Positions 51,401 through 59,983 of a DNA stretch of 64,000 nt are shown here, piece after piece. Origin of the DNA: an uncultured Pelagibacteraceae bacterium (GTDB lineage Bacteria; Pseudomonadota; Alphaproteobacteria; Pelagibacterales; AG-422-B15); contig CAJJAN010000023.1 of NCBI GenBank assembly GCA_905182145.1, forward strand, positions 16,668-80,667. The letters run 5' to 3'. Position 1 is the stretch's first letter, and each line of letters begins with the position of its first letter. The position numbers were made by a program, and so were the translations under genes. The notes under the pieces are model-generated. The model was not told the DNA's origin and searched no databases. It worked only from the letters and a program-made list of their open reading frames with translations.

Positions 51401-52396
51401 ATTAATTTTCTTTGCTACATCTAGAGCAAAGTAAGTCAAAATAGCGTCAGCACCAGCCCGCTTAAAGGAAGTTAACTGCTCAAATATAATTTTTTCTTCA
51501 TCTATCCAGCCATTAGCACCTGCAGCTTTTACCATGGCATATTCACCAGATACTTGATAGGCAAAGGTAGGGAAGTTAAACTCTTTTTTTAATCTTTGAA
51601 TAATGTCAAGATAGCTAATTCCCGGTTTAACCATTATAATGTCTGCTCCTTCAGAGATATCTAAAGCAGATTCTCTTAAAGCTTCATCTGAATTTGTATA
51701 ATCCATTTGATAAGTTTTTTTATCAGATTTTAAATTATTTCCTGAACCAACTGCATCTCTAAATGGACCATAAAAACTAGAGGCATACTTAGCAGCGTAA
51801 GATAATAAAAGAGTATCTTTAAAGTTGCTGTTTTCTAATGCTTTTCTTATTAGTCCAATACGTCCATCCATCATATCAGATGGAGCAATAATATCTGCCT
51901 TATGATCTGCAAGAAGAAGAGATTGCTTTACTAAAACTTCATTAGATTCATCATTTAAGATTTGATTAGTATCGCTCAGTAAGCCGTCATGACCATGTGA
52001 GGTATAGGGATCTAAAGCAACGTCACACATTATGCCTAGATCTAAAGTTTGATTTTTAATTTTTCTTAAAGCTTTACAAACTAAATTGTCTTCATTTAAA
52101 GCCTCACTTCCATTTTTATCTTTTTTATCATTTGGTGTATTAGGAAAAAGTGCAATAAGATTTATTTTATTATCTACTGCTTGATCAGTTACTTCATTGA
52201 GTCGATCAATGGAATATTTGAAAACTCCAGGCATTGAGGCAATTTCTTCTTTAATATTATTACCATCACAAATAAACACTGGCCAAATTAAATCGTTAAC
52301 TGATAGTGAGTTTTCACTAACTAGATTTCTAATCCATTGAGATTGCCTATTTCTTCTTAGGCGACTAGCTGGAAAATTTTGTAAATATTCTGTCAT
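51389..52396 (-). CDS. hemB: Porphobilinogen synthase (Asp-rich, Zn-independent type)
   Basis: 335 aa. The metal-site region is CDVALDPYTSHGHDG (DxALDxY...GHDG rather than the Cys-rich Zn motif). The Schiff-base region is IIMVKPG. Confidence 0.95.
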   Translation of the reverse strand: MTEYLQNFPASRLRRNRQSQWIRNLVSENSLSVNDLIWPVFICDGNNIKEEIASMPGVFKYSIDRLNEVTDQAVDNKINLIALFPNTPNDKKDKNGSEALNEDNLVCKALRKIKNQTLDLGIMCDVALDPYTSHGHDGLLSDTNQILNDESNEVLVKQSLLLADHKADIIAPSDMMDGRIGLIRKALENSNFKDTLLLSYAAKYASSFYGPFRDAVGSGNNLKSDKKTYQMDYTNSDEALRESALDISEGADIIMVKPGISYLDIIQRLKKEFNFPTFAYQVSGEYAMVKAAGANGWIDEEKIIFEQLTSFKRAGADAILTYFALDVAKKINLFS

Positions 52397-53160
52397 TTCT
52401 TCTTTTTTGGTAATATAATAAAAGCACTTGTAGTGTCTATATATTCTTTATAGCCATCTTTAGTATGTTTAATTTGACTTTCTAGCATAGATACACCTGA
52501 AACTTTAAGTAAAAAATACGTCATAATAATTGGTGATACTAATACTATTAACTCAAAAGTAAGACTTAAAGAGTAAATTGATATTCCCCACCAAAAAAGA
52601 CTATTGCCAAAATAATTTGGATGTCTTGAATAGTTCCATAAACCCAAACTCATTACTTTACCATTATTCAGAGTATCTTTTTTAAAGGCTTTTAATTGCT
52701 TATCGGACAATGCTTCAATAGTTATACCAGCTAAAGCTATGATTCCACTTAGCCAAGATATAATATTCAACTCTAAATTATTCGTAGAGAGAACGCTTTG
52801 TAGTGGAAGCGATACAATTGCAATTAAAATAGCTTGGATTAAATAATTAATAAAAAATAATCCAACATTGCCATACTTAGATCTCATTTTAGAATATCTG
52901 ATATCCTCTGGGTGTCCCATATTTCTTATATATAAATATGATCCAAGTCTTATTGCCCATATGCCAACTATAATAACTAGTATCAAATGGGGAAAAGAAG
53001 AATTTTTATTTATCAATAGAAGAGTTAAGCAGCTTAAAAGGAATGATGGCCCCCAATAGATATCAATAATATCTGCTTTTTTATTGACTAAAGATACGCC
53101 AAATAAAATTGATACAACTAATAGATTTATTAAAAAAATAATTATAAGGTTTTCAATCAT
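52393..53160 (-). CDS. DUF1295 / steroid 5-alpha-reductase-like integral membrane protein
   Basis: 255 aa, multi-TM. GLWNYSRHPNYFGNSLFWWG is typical of this family. 4-nt overlap with hemB. Confidence 0.7.
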   Translation of the reverse strand: MIENLIIIFLINLLVVSILFGVSLVNKKADIIDIYWGPSFLLSCLTLLLINKNSSFPHLILVIIVGIWAIRLGSYLYIRNMGHPEDIRYSKMRSKYGNVGLFFINYLIQAILIAIVSLPLQSVLSTNNLELNIISWLSGIIALAGITIEALSDKQLKAFKKDTLNNGKVMSLGLWNYSRHPNYFGNSLFWWGISIYSLSLTFELIVLVSPIIMTYFLLKVSGVSMLESQIKHTKDGYKEYIDTTSAFIILPKKKK

Positions 53161-53178
53161 AATCTATTATATTTCTTA

Positions 53179-53925
53179 ATGGCCTTTAATTATTTAAATT
53201 CAAATTTTGCTGCATTTGCGCATCGAGGTGGAGCAAATGACTTTGTAGAAAATACATTGGAAGCCTTCGAACAGTCAATCAATTTAGGTTTTAAATACAT
53301 TGAAACTGATGTTCGAGCTACAAAAGATAATAAATTAGTCATTTTTCATGATCCAGATTTAAAGCGTATGTTAAATTTAGAAATTGATATTTCATCAATT
53401 AACTATGATGAGTTAAGCAGCTATAAGATAAATGGTGTTCATAAAATTCCAACTTTTTTAGAAACTGTTTCATCGTGGCCAAATATAAATTTTAATATAG
53501 ATCCAAAGTCAGATAAATCAGCTGAACTACTTATAAGTGAGTTAAAATCTGTTGGTAACTTAGATAGATTTTGTGTTGGATCATTTGATTCAACAAAGCT
53601 AAATAAAATTAGAAATGCTTTTGATAACAAATTGTGCACTAGCATGGGAACAAATGAGGTAATTAATTTTTATTTCTTAAGATTTTTTGGAATTAACAGC
53701 ATTAATACACCGTGCTTACAGCTACCTTATTATAAAAATGGATTTAAAATAATTACAGCTAAATTAATAAGAGATGCCCATAAGTTTAATAAAAAAGTCC
53801 ATGCATGGACTATTGATGACCCAAAAGAGATAAGTGAACTTTTAGATATGGGTATTGATGGAATAATGACTGACAGCCCTGAACTTTTAAAAAACGAGAT
53901 GGCAAAAAAGGGAATAAGTATTTAA
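53179..53925 (+). CDS. Glycerophosphodiester phosphodiesterase family protein (copy 2)
   Basis: 248 aa. FAHRGG...ENTLEAFEQS...YIETDVRATKDNKLVIFHDPDLKR...AWTIDD. Confidence 0.88.
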   Translation: MAFNYLNSNFAAFAHRGGANDFVENTLEAFEQSINLGFKYIETDVRATKDNKLVIFHDPDLKRMLNLEIDISSINYDELSSYKINGVHKIPTFLETVSSWPNINFNIDPKSDKSAELLISELKSVGNLDRFCVGSFDSTKLNKIRNAFDNKLCTSMGTNEVINFYFLRFFGINSINTPCLQLPYYKNGFKIITAKLIRDAHKFNKKVHAWTIDDPKEISELLDMGIDGIMTDSPELLKNEMAKKGISI

Positions 53926-53994
53926 GTTTAAATTAGAAACTTAAACATTTTTATTTACAATATTTAGTATTGAAATATCATTCTAGCAACGTAT

Positions 53995-54429
53995 ATGGTA
54001 ACAAATATAAAAATTGCTATTGGTTCTGACCATGCTGGTTTTGAATTAAAGCAGATAATAGTTGAACATCTTTCTAGCAGGAATGTGGATTTGATTGATT
54101 GTGGAACAAACAACTTAGATTCGGTTGATTATCCAGATTTTGCTAAAAGAGTCGCTGATGAAGTTAGTAATAAGGATCTAGTTATGGGAATTCTAGTTTG
54201 TGGTAGTGGACAAGGAATGGCAATGACTGCCAATCGATATAAAGATGTTCGTGCGGCTATATGTCATAATTCTGATGTTGCAAAAGTAACTAGAGAACAT
54301 AATGATGCAAACATCTTATGTTTAGGCTCTCGGTTTATTGAGGAAGCAGAAGCATTAAAATGTGTAGACGTATTTCTATCTACAGATTTTGAAGGTGAGA
54401 GACATTTAAAAAGAATTAATAAAATTTAA
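53995..54429 (+). CDS. rpiB: Ribose-5-phosphate isomerase B
   Basis: 144 aa. [28 protein letters not shown] and [11 protein letters not shown] motifs. Confidence 0.94.
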   Translation: MVTNIKIAIGSDHAGFELKQIIVEHLSSRNVDLIDCGTNNLDSVDYPDFAKRVADEVSNKDLVMGILVCGSGQGMAMTANRYKDVRAAICHNSDVAKVTREHNDANILCLGSRFIEEAEALKCVDVFLSTDFEGERHLKRINKI

Positions 54430-54440
54430 AAGGTATATTT

Positions 54441-55703
54441 ATGAGTTTTTTCAAAAGTAATTTAATTGATATTGATAAAGATATTGCTGATTCAATTAGC
54501 AATGAGTTAAACAGGCAGCGTAATCAAATTGAGTTAATAGCATCTGAAAATATTGTTTCAAAAGCAGTATTAGAAGCTCAAGGTTCAATTCATACAAATA
54601 AATATGCAGAAGGTTATCCTGGCTCAAGATATTATGGAGGCTGTGAGTATGTTGATGTAGCAGAAGAGATAGCGATAAGCAGGGTAAAAGAATTGTATGG
54701 ATGCAATTATGCAAATGTACAGCCACATTCAGGCGCACAAGCTAACGGTGCAGTTTTTTTAGCCTTAATTAAACCCAATGATACAATTCTTGGCATGAGC
54801 CTAGATGCTGGTGGACACCTTACTCATGGAGCAAAGCCTTCACAATCAGGAAAATGGTTTAATCCAATTCAATATGGAGTTAATGAAAGTGGACTAATTG
54901 ATTACGACCAAGTTGAATCGTTAGCCAAAGAACATAAACCAAAACTTATTATTGCAGGTGGAAGTGCTTACTCTAGAAAAATTGATTTTAAAAAATTTAG
55001 AGAGATAGCTGACTTAGTTGGTGCTTATTTATTAGTTGATATGGCTCATTATTCAGGTTTAATTGCAGCTGGCGAATATCCAAATCCGTTAGAATATGCC
55101 GATGTTGTAACATCAACTACACATAAGACTATCAGAGGTCCTAGAGGAGGAATGATACTATCCAATAATCTAGATTTAGGAAAAAAATTTAACTCAGCAG
55201 TTTTCCCTGGATTACAGGGAGGCCCATTAATGCATGTAATTGCTGCAAAAGCAGTTGCTTTTGGTGAGGCATTAAAACCAGAATTTAAGACCTATATCCA
55301 GCAAGTGATTTCTAATGCTAAAATACTTGGAGAAACACTAGTTAATCATGGCTTAAACATAGCATCAGGAGGTACTGACACACATTTATTGCTTGTTGAT
55401 TTAACGCCAAAAGGACTAACTGGAGATGTTGCTGAAGCTAGCCTAGAAAGAGCTAACATAACGTGCAACAAAAATAGCATTCCATTTGATCCCAAGCCAC
55501 CTAAAGTAACTTCAGGCATTAGGATTGGAACTCCGGCAGCTACAACTCGTGGATTTAATAATGAAGATTTTGTAAAAGTAGGAGATCTAATTGCAGAAAC
55601 TTTAAAAGGATTGCAAGATAGTCCTGAAAATAATGATAAGGCAGAAGAAAATGTTCGAGTGCAAGTTAAACAGCTTTGTGATAAATACCCAATTTATAAT
55701 TAA
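54441..55703 (+). CDS. glyA: Serine hydroxymethyltransferase
   Basis: 420 aa. [24 protein letters not shown] and PLP-lysine region [14 protein letters not shown]. Confidence 0.97.
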   Translation: MSFFKSNLIDIDKDIADSISNELNRQRNQIELIASENIVSKAVLEAQGSIHTNKYAEGYPGSRYYGGCEYVDVAEEIAISRVKELYGCNYANVQPHSGAQANGAVFLALIKPNDTILGMSLDAGGHLTHGAKPSQSGKWFNPIQYGVNESGLIDYDQVESLAKEHKPKLIIAGGSAYSRKIDFKKFREIADLVGAYLLVDMAHYSGLIAAGEYPNPLEYADVVTSTTHKTIRGPRGGMILSNNLDLGKKFNSAVFPGLQGGPLMHVIAAKAVAFGEALKPEFKTYIQQVISNAKILGETLVNHGLNIASGGTDTHLLLVDLTPKGLTGDVAEASLERANITCNKNSIPFDPKPPKVTSGIRIGTPAATTRGFNNEDFVKVGDLIAETLKGLQDSPENNDKAEENVRVQVKQLCDKYPIYN

Positions 55704-55715
55704 TAAGGTAATTTT

Positions 55716-56174
55716 ATGAAATGTCCATTTTGTAGTAACGAAGATACTCAAGTAAAAGATTCAAGGTCAACTGAGGATAATTCTGCAATTAGAAGAAGAA
55801 GATTTTGCTTAGATTGTGGAGCTAGATTTACTACATTTGAGAGAATACAACTAAGGGAACTTACGGTCGTCAAGAAAAATGGAAAAAAAGTTCCATTTAC
55901 TAGAGACAAATTAGAAAGATCAATTCAGGTAGCCTTAAGAAAAAGACCTGTTGACCCGGATCGTGTAGATAGAATGATTAGTGGTGTAGTAAGAAGAATT
56001 GAGAGTTTGGGAGAAACTGAAGTAGCATCAGAGATTGTTGGTGAAATAGTCATGGAAGGACTTCAGAGCTTAGACTCAGTTGCTTATGTAAGGTTTGCTT
56101 CAGTTTATAAAAACTTTAGAGAAGCTAAAGACTTCGAAGAATTTGTTGGCGTAATTAGCGATAATAAGGAGTAG
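55716..56174 (+). CDS. nrdR: Transcriptional repressor NrdR
   Basis: 152 aa. Zinc ribbon MKCPFC...[12 protein letters not shown] followed by an ATP-cone. Confidence 0.96.
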   Translation: MKCPFCSNEDTQVKDSRSTEDNSAIRRRRFCLDCGARFTTFERIQLRELTVVKKNGKKVPFTRDKLERSIQVALRKRPVDPDRVDRMISGVVRRIESLGETEVASEIVGEIVMEGLQSLDSVAYVRFASVYKNFREAKDFEEFVGVISDNKE

Positions 56175-56204
56175 AAAATAATTCTCTCATTTCAGAATTT
56201 TTAC

Positions 56205-57278
56205 ATGGATCTTGCCTTTAGAATGGCAAGTAGGGCAATTGGAACAACAGCAAATAATCCTGCGGTCGGTTGTGTTATTGTAAAAGATAATAATATAATT
56301 TCTCGAGGTTGGACTCAGCCTTCAGGCAGACCTCATGCTGAAGTACATGCTATTAATCAAATTAGAGATAAGACATCACTTGTGGGTGCAGAAATTTATT
56401 GCTCTCTTGAACCTTGCAGTCATTTTGGAAAAACAAACCCATGCGTAGAAAGCATCATAAAATCTGGTATCAGTAAAGTTTATGTAGCTAGTATTGATAA
56501 AAATCCCTTAGTAAATGGCAAAGGAATAGCAAAGCTAAAGAAACTAAATATTAAAGTACAAATGATATTTAATAGAGATATTGATGAGCTAAATAATATT
56601 TTTTTTAATTCTAAGATAAAAAAAAGACCATTAATAATTTCAAAAATTGCTTCAACGCTAGACTCCAAAATTGCAACTGCTAGCAGTGAAAGCAAATGGA
56701 TTACTAATAGTTTATCTAGAAGTCATGGTCATTATTTGAGATTTAAATGTGATGCTATGCTTGTTGGTAAGAATACAATCTTATTAGATAATCCTGATTT
56801 GCGTTGTAGACTTAATGGCTTGCAATTATTTTCACCAAATATTTTTATTTTAGATTCAAATCTAGAGATACCCACTAAACAAAAGATATTTAAATCAAAA
56901 AAAAGGCAAGTTTATATTTTTCATAGAAAAAATCTTGATAAGAAAAAACTAAAAAAATTTAATAAATTTAATGTTGTATTACTGCCTATAACTTTGAAAG
57001 ATGGCGTCTTAGATGTTAATGAGGCTATATTGTCTATGGCAGAATTAGGGGCACAAAGAGTTTTAGTTGAAGGAGGTGCGGAACTACTGACACAATTAAT
57101 AAATAAAAAATTGGTTGATATACTTTATTGGTTTAGAGCCAGTAAATTAATTGGCAAAGACGGATTAAATGCTGTATCTAATTTAAGTGTTTCAAAAATG
57201 AAATCAGTAAAAGAATTAAAACTTATTAGTAGTATGCAAATCCAAACAGATACTCTTGAAGTTTACGAAAGAAAATAA
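56205..57278 (+). CDS. ribD: Bifunctional riboflavin biosynthesis protein RibD (deaminase/reductase)
   Basis: 357 aa. NPAVGCVIV, PHAEVHAI and CSLEPCSHFGKTNPC deaminase motifs, plus a C-terminal reductase domain. Confidence 0.94.
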   Translation: MDLAFRMASRAIGTTANNPAVGCVIVKDNNIISRGWTQPSGRPHAEVHAINQIRDKTSLVGAEIYCSLEPCSHFGKTNPCVESIIKSGISKVYVASIDKNPLVNGKGIAKLKKLNIKVQMIFNRDIDELNNIFFNSKIKKRPLIISKIASTLDSKIATASSESKWITNSLSRSHGHYLRFKCDAMLVGKNTILLDNPDLRCRLNGLQLFSPNIFILDSNLEIPTKQKIFKSKKRQVYIFHRKNLDKKKLKKFNKFNVVLLPITLKDGVLDVNEAILSMAELGAQRVLVEGGAELLTQLINKKLVDILYWFRASKLIGKDGLNAVSNLSVSKMKSVKELKLISSMQIQTDTLEVYERK

Positions 57279-57281
57279 CTT

Positions 57282-57875
57282 ATGTTTTCAGGTATTGTAG
57301 AGCAAGTTGGTAAAATAAATAAGATAGTAGATCAAGGTGATCATTATTTAACTATTAATACAACATTTCTAAAAAAGAATTTAAAAATTGGAAGTTCTGT
57401 TTGTTGTAATGGTGTTTGTTTAACAGTGCACACCATGAAGCAAAATAAAAAGTATTTAGAGCTTAGCTTTGATGTGTCTAAAGAAACTATTAGTTGTACT
57501 AATTTTAAACAATTAAAGACTGGATCTTTAATAAATTTAGAAAAATCTCTTAAGGTTGGTGATGAAATAAGTGGCCATTTTGTATTTGGTCATGTTGATA
57601 CAGTATCAAAATTAAAGTTTTTAAAGAAAGCTGGAAAGTCATATGTACTTGAATTTTCTTTACCAAAAAATATTAAAAAACTAGTAACCAAAAAAGGCTC
57701 TATTGCAATTAATGGTGTTTCATTAACTGTAAATAAGACAACAAAAGACAGTTTCTTTGTTAATATTGTTGATTATACATGGAATCACACCAACCTTAAT
57801 AAAGTTAGAGTAAGTGACATAGTAAACATTGAAGTTGATATGTTGGCGAGATATGTTACGAATTCAAAAAAATAA
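57282..57875 (+). CDS. ribE: Riboflavin synthase
   Basis: 197 aa. MFSGIVEQVGKI start and duplicated lumazine-binding halves (VCCNGVCLTV / IAINGVSLTV). Confidence 0.95.
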   Translation: MFSGIVEQVGKINKIVDQGDHYLTINTTFLKKNLKIGSSVCCNGVCLTVHTMKQNKKYLELSFDVSKETISCTNFKQLKTGSLINLEKSLKVGDEISGHFVFGHVDTVSKLKFLKKAGKSYVLEFSLPKNIKKLVTKKGSIAINGVSLTVNKTTKDSFFVNIVDYTWNHTNLNKVRVSDIVNIEVDMLARYVTNSKK

Positions 57876-57888
57876 TATTTGATTACTT

Positions 57889-59010
57889 ATGAATAAAAAT
57901 GTCACATCTTCAATTGAAGAAATTATTGAAGATCTTAAAAACGGAAAAATGGTTATCATGGTTGATGATGAGGACCGTGAGAATGAAGGCGACTTAATTA
58001 TTCCAGCTGCAAAGGCTGATGCTGATGCTGTCAATTTTATGGCAACCCATGGTAGAGGCTTAATCTGCTTGACCTTAACGGCAGATAGAGTGAAAAAACT
58101 AAACTTACCATTAATGGCTCAAAATAATCAAGCTAGAGACGCAACGGCGTTCACAATTTCAATTGAGTCAGTTGAAGGTGTTACTACTGGTATTTCAGCT
58201 CAAGATCGCGCTACAACTATAGCAAGTGCAATTGATCCTTTAAAAGGACAAAATGATATTACAAGTCCGGGCCACGTGTTTCCTCTTGTTGCAAGAGATG
58301 GAGGTGTTTTGGTTAGAGCTGGTCATACAGAGGCATCTGTTGATTTAGCCCGTTTAGCAGGTTTTGAACCAGCAGGTACTATTTGTGAAATTATGAACGA
58401 TGATGGAACTATGGCAAGAATTCCTGATTTAGTTGATTTCAGTGAAAAGCATAATATTAAGATTGGTAAGATCGTCGATTTAATTTCATATAGAAGAAAA
58501 CACGACACTTTTGTAAATAAAATACTTGATGATAAAATAACTTTAAAAGACAGCAAAGAGTTTGATATTAAGGTATTTGGTAACTCTTTTGATCAAACTG
58601 AACAAATTGTAATGTCTAAAGGCACTATCAACGACGGTAAACCAGTAATGGTTCGAGTGCACGTAATAAGCTATTTTGATGACTTAATTGGCGAGCTTGG
58701 AAGTGGGAATAAATCCCTCAAACAAACTATCGATCTTATTAACGAAGCAGGAAGAGGGGTTTTAATTTTAGTAAGAGATAGCAGCTCTTCAGTAATTAAT
58801 AGTTACCTCTCTGCAAAAGACAAATCTCAAAAAGAAATAGAAGAGCAAAAGCAAAGTGAATTGAGAATCTTTGGAATGGGAGCACAAATTTTATCTGAAT
58901 TAGGTGTTAAAGATATGATCCTTTTAACAAATACTGATTGGAAATTTATGGGTCTTGATGCTTATGGTATAAATATTGTTGAAACAAGGTTTTTAAAGGA
59001 CTTAAAATAA
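57889..59010 (+). CDS. ribBA: 3,4-dihydroxy-2-butanone-4-phosphate synthase fused to a degenerate GTP cyclohydrolase II-like domain
   Basis: 373 aa. The N-half has DDEDRENEGDLI and RAGHTEASVDLARLAG (RibB). The C-half aligns to RibA but reads VRVHVISYFDDLIGELGSGNK where RibA has its Cys ligands. Confidence 0.9.
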   Translation: MNKNVTSSIEEIIEDLKNGKMVIMVDDEDRENEGDLIIPAAKADADAVNFMATHGRGLICLTLTADRVKKLNLPLMAQNNQARDATAFTISIESVEGVTTGISAQDRATTIASAIDPLKGQNDITSPGHVFPLVARDGGVLVRAGHTEASVDLARLAGFEPAGTICEIMNDDGTMARIPDLVDFSEKHNIKIGKIVDLISYRRKHDTFVNKILDDKITLKDSKEFDIKVFGNSFDQTEQIVMSKGTINDGKPVMVRVHVISYFDDLIGELGSGNKSLKQTIDLINEAGRGVLILVRDSSSSVINSYLSAKDKSQKEIEEQKQSELRIFGMGAQILSELGVKDMILLTNTDWKFMGLDAYGINIVETRFLKDLK

Positions 59011-59014
59011 ATTA

Positions 59015-59434
59015 ATGTCTAAAAAAAAATATAAAATACTTATAGTTGCATCAAGTTTTTATAAAGAGATTACTTCTAAAATGATTAGTTCTGCAGAAGT
59101 AGAATTAAAAAAAAATAATTGTTCCTATAAGATTTTTCGTGTTCAAGGATCGTTGGAGATACCAACTTTAATTTCTATAAAATTAAAAAAAGAAAAATAT
59201 GATGGTGCTTTAGCCTTAGGCTGCATCGTAAAAGGTCAAACTAGCCATAATGAAGTTATTGCAAGCACAATTACTAATACATTATTAAATATTTCCATTG
59301 CTAATTTAAAGCCTGTTGGAAATGCTGTTTTAAGTTGCAATAACTTAAAGCAAGCTATCGCTAGAACAAAGGGCTCTAAAAATAGAGCTGCCGAGGCTGT
59401 TGATGCAATTATCTCTGTTTTAGATAATATATAG
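59015..59434 (+). CDS. ribH: 6,7-dimethyl-8-ribityllumazine synthase
   Basis: 139 aa. Between ribBA and nusB. VQGSLEIP and GCIVKGQTSHNEVIA motifs. Confidence 0.9.
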   Translation: MSKKKYKILIVASSFYKEITSKMISSAEVELKKNNCSYKIFRVQGSLEIPTLISIKLKKEKYDGALALGCIVKGQTSHNEVIASTITNTLLNISIANLKPVGNAVLSCNNLKQAIARTKGSKNRAAEAVDAIISVLDNI

Positions 59435-59439
59435 ATAAT

Positions 59440-59859
59440 ATGTCTGACCCTAAATCTTTACAAAGACTTTTGGCAGTTCAAGCGCTATATCAAATTTCAA
59501 TTAATGAATTAAGCAATGAAAACTCCTTTGACACAATTCTTGAAGAGGCTATGCATCAACCTGGCCTTGAAGAGTTAAAGAAAAAGCCAAACTATAATTA
59601 TGCAAAAAAAATTCTTAATGGCTTTATGGATAACTCAACCCAAATTGATTTATTGATTAGAACCAGCTTAACAACCTCTCGTAGTCTTGATAAACTTGAT
59701 AACTTAATTCATGCAATCTTAAAGCTAGCGGTATACGAAATGAAATTTGGGCCAAAAGTTCCAAAAAAAGTAGTTATAAATGAATATTTAAATATTTCTC
59801 ATATTTTTTTTACTGGAACAGAATCAAGGTTAATTAACGGAGTTTTAGACAGTTTTTAG
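59440..59859 (+). CDS. nusB: Transcription antitermination factor NusB
   Basis: 139 aa. RLLAVQALYQ start, at the conserved ribH-nusB position. Confidence 0.9.
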   Translation: MSDPKSLQRLLAVQALYQISINELSNENSFDTILEEAMHQPGLEELKKKPNYNYAKKILNGFMDNSTQIDLLIRTSLTTSRSLDKLDNLIHAILKLAVYEMKFGPKVPKKVVINEYLNISHIFFTGTESRLINGVLDSF

Positions 59860-59868
59860 TGCTATAAT
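59860..59868 (+). promoter_or_regulatory. Candidate extended -10 element (TGcTATAAT) for hppA
   Basis: TGCTATAAT begins immediately after the nusB stop codon (TAG, 59857-59859). I see no convincing -35. It would give a ~110-nt leader. Confidence 0.25.
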
Positions 59869-59983
59869 CCTAATACTATCATCAAATAAAGCTTTATTTT
59901 TCAATAAAAAATAAACATTGCTTATCTAACAATTTTTTGGCATGTTCACCTAAATTTTAGCAACTCTAGGAGTAAAAAATATA

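Noticed and set aside
53926-53994. An AT-only inverted repeat (GTTTAA...TTAAAC) followed by a T-rich run after GDPD copy 2, as a possible terminator
   Set aside because: The stem is 6 bp with a single G:C pair and alternative registers exist, so it is too weak to call. I could not find a convincing rpiB promoter in the same gap either.
56175-56204. I looked for an FMN (RFN) riboswitch upstream of the rib genes
   Set aside because: The nrdR-ribD spacer is only 30 nt and the other rib junctions are 3-13 nt. There is no room for a ~140-nt RFN element and I saw no conserved RFN core sequence.
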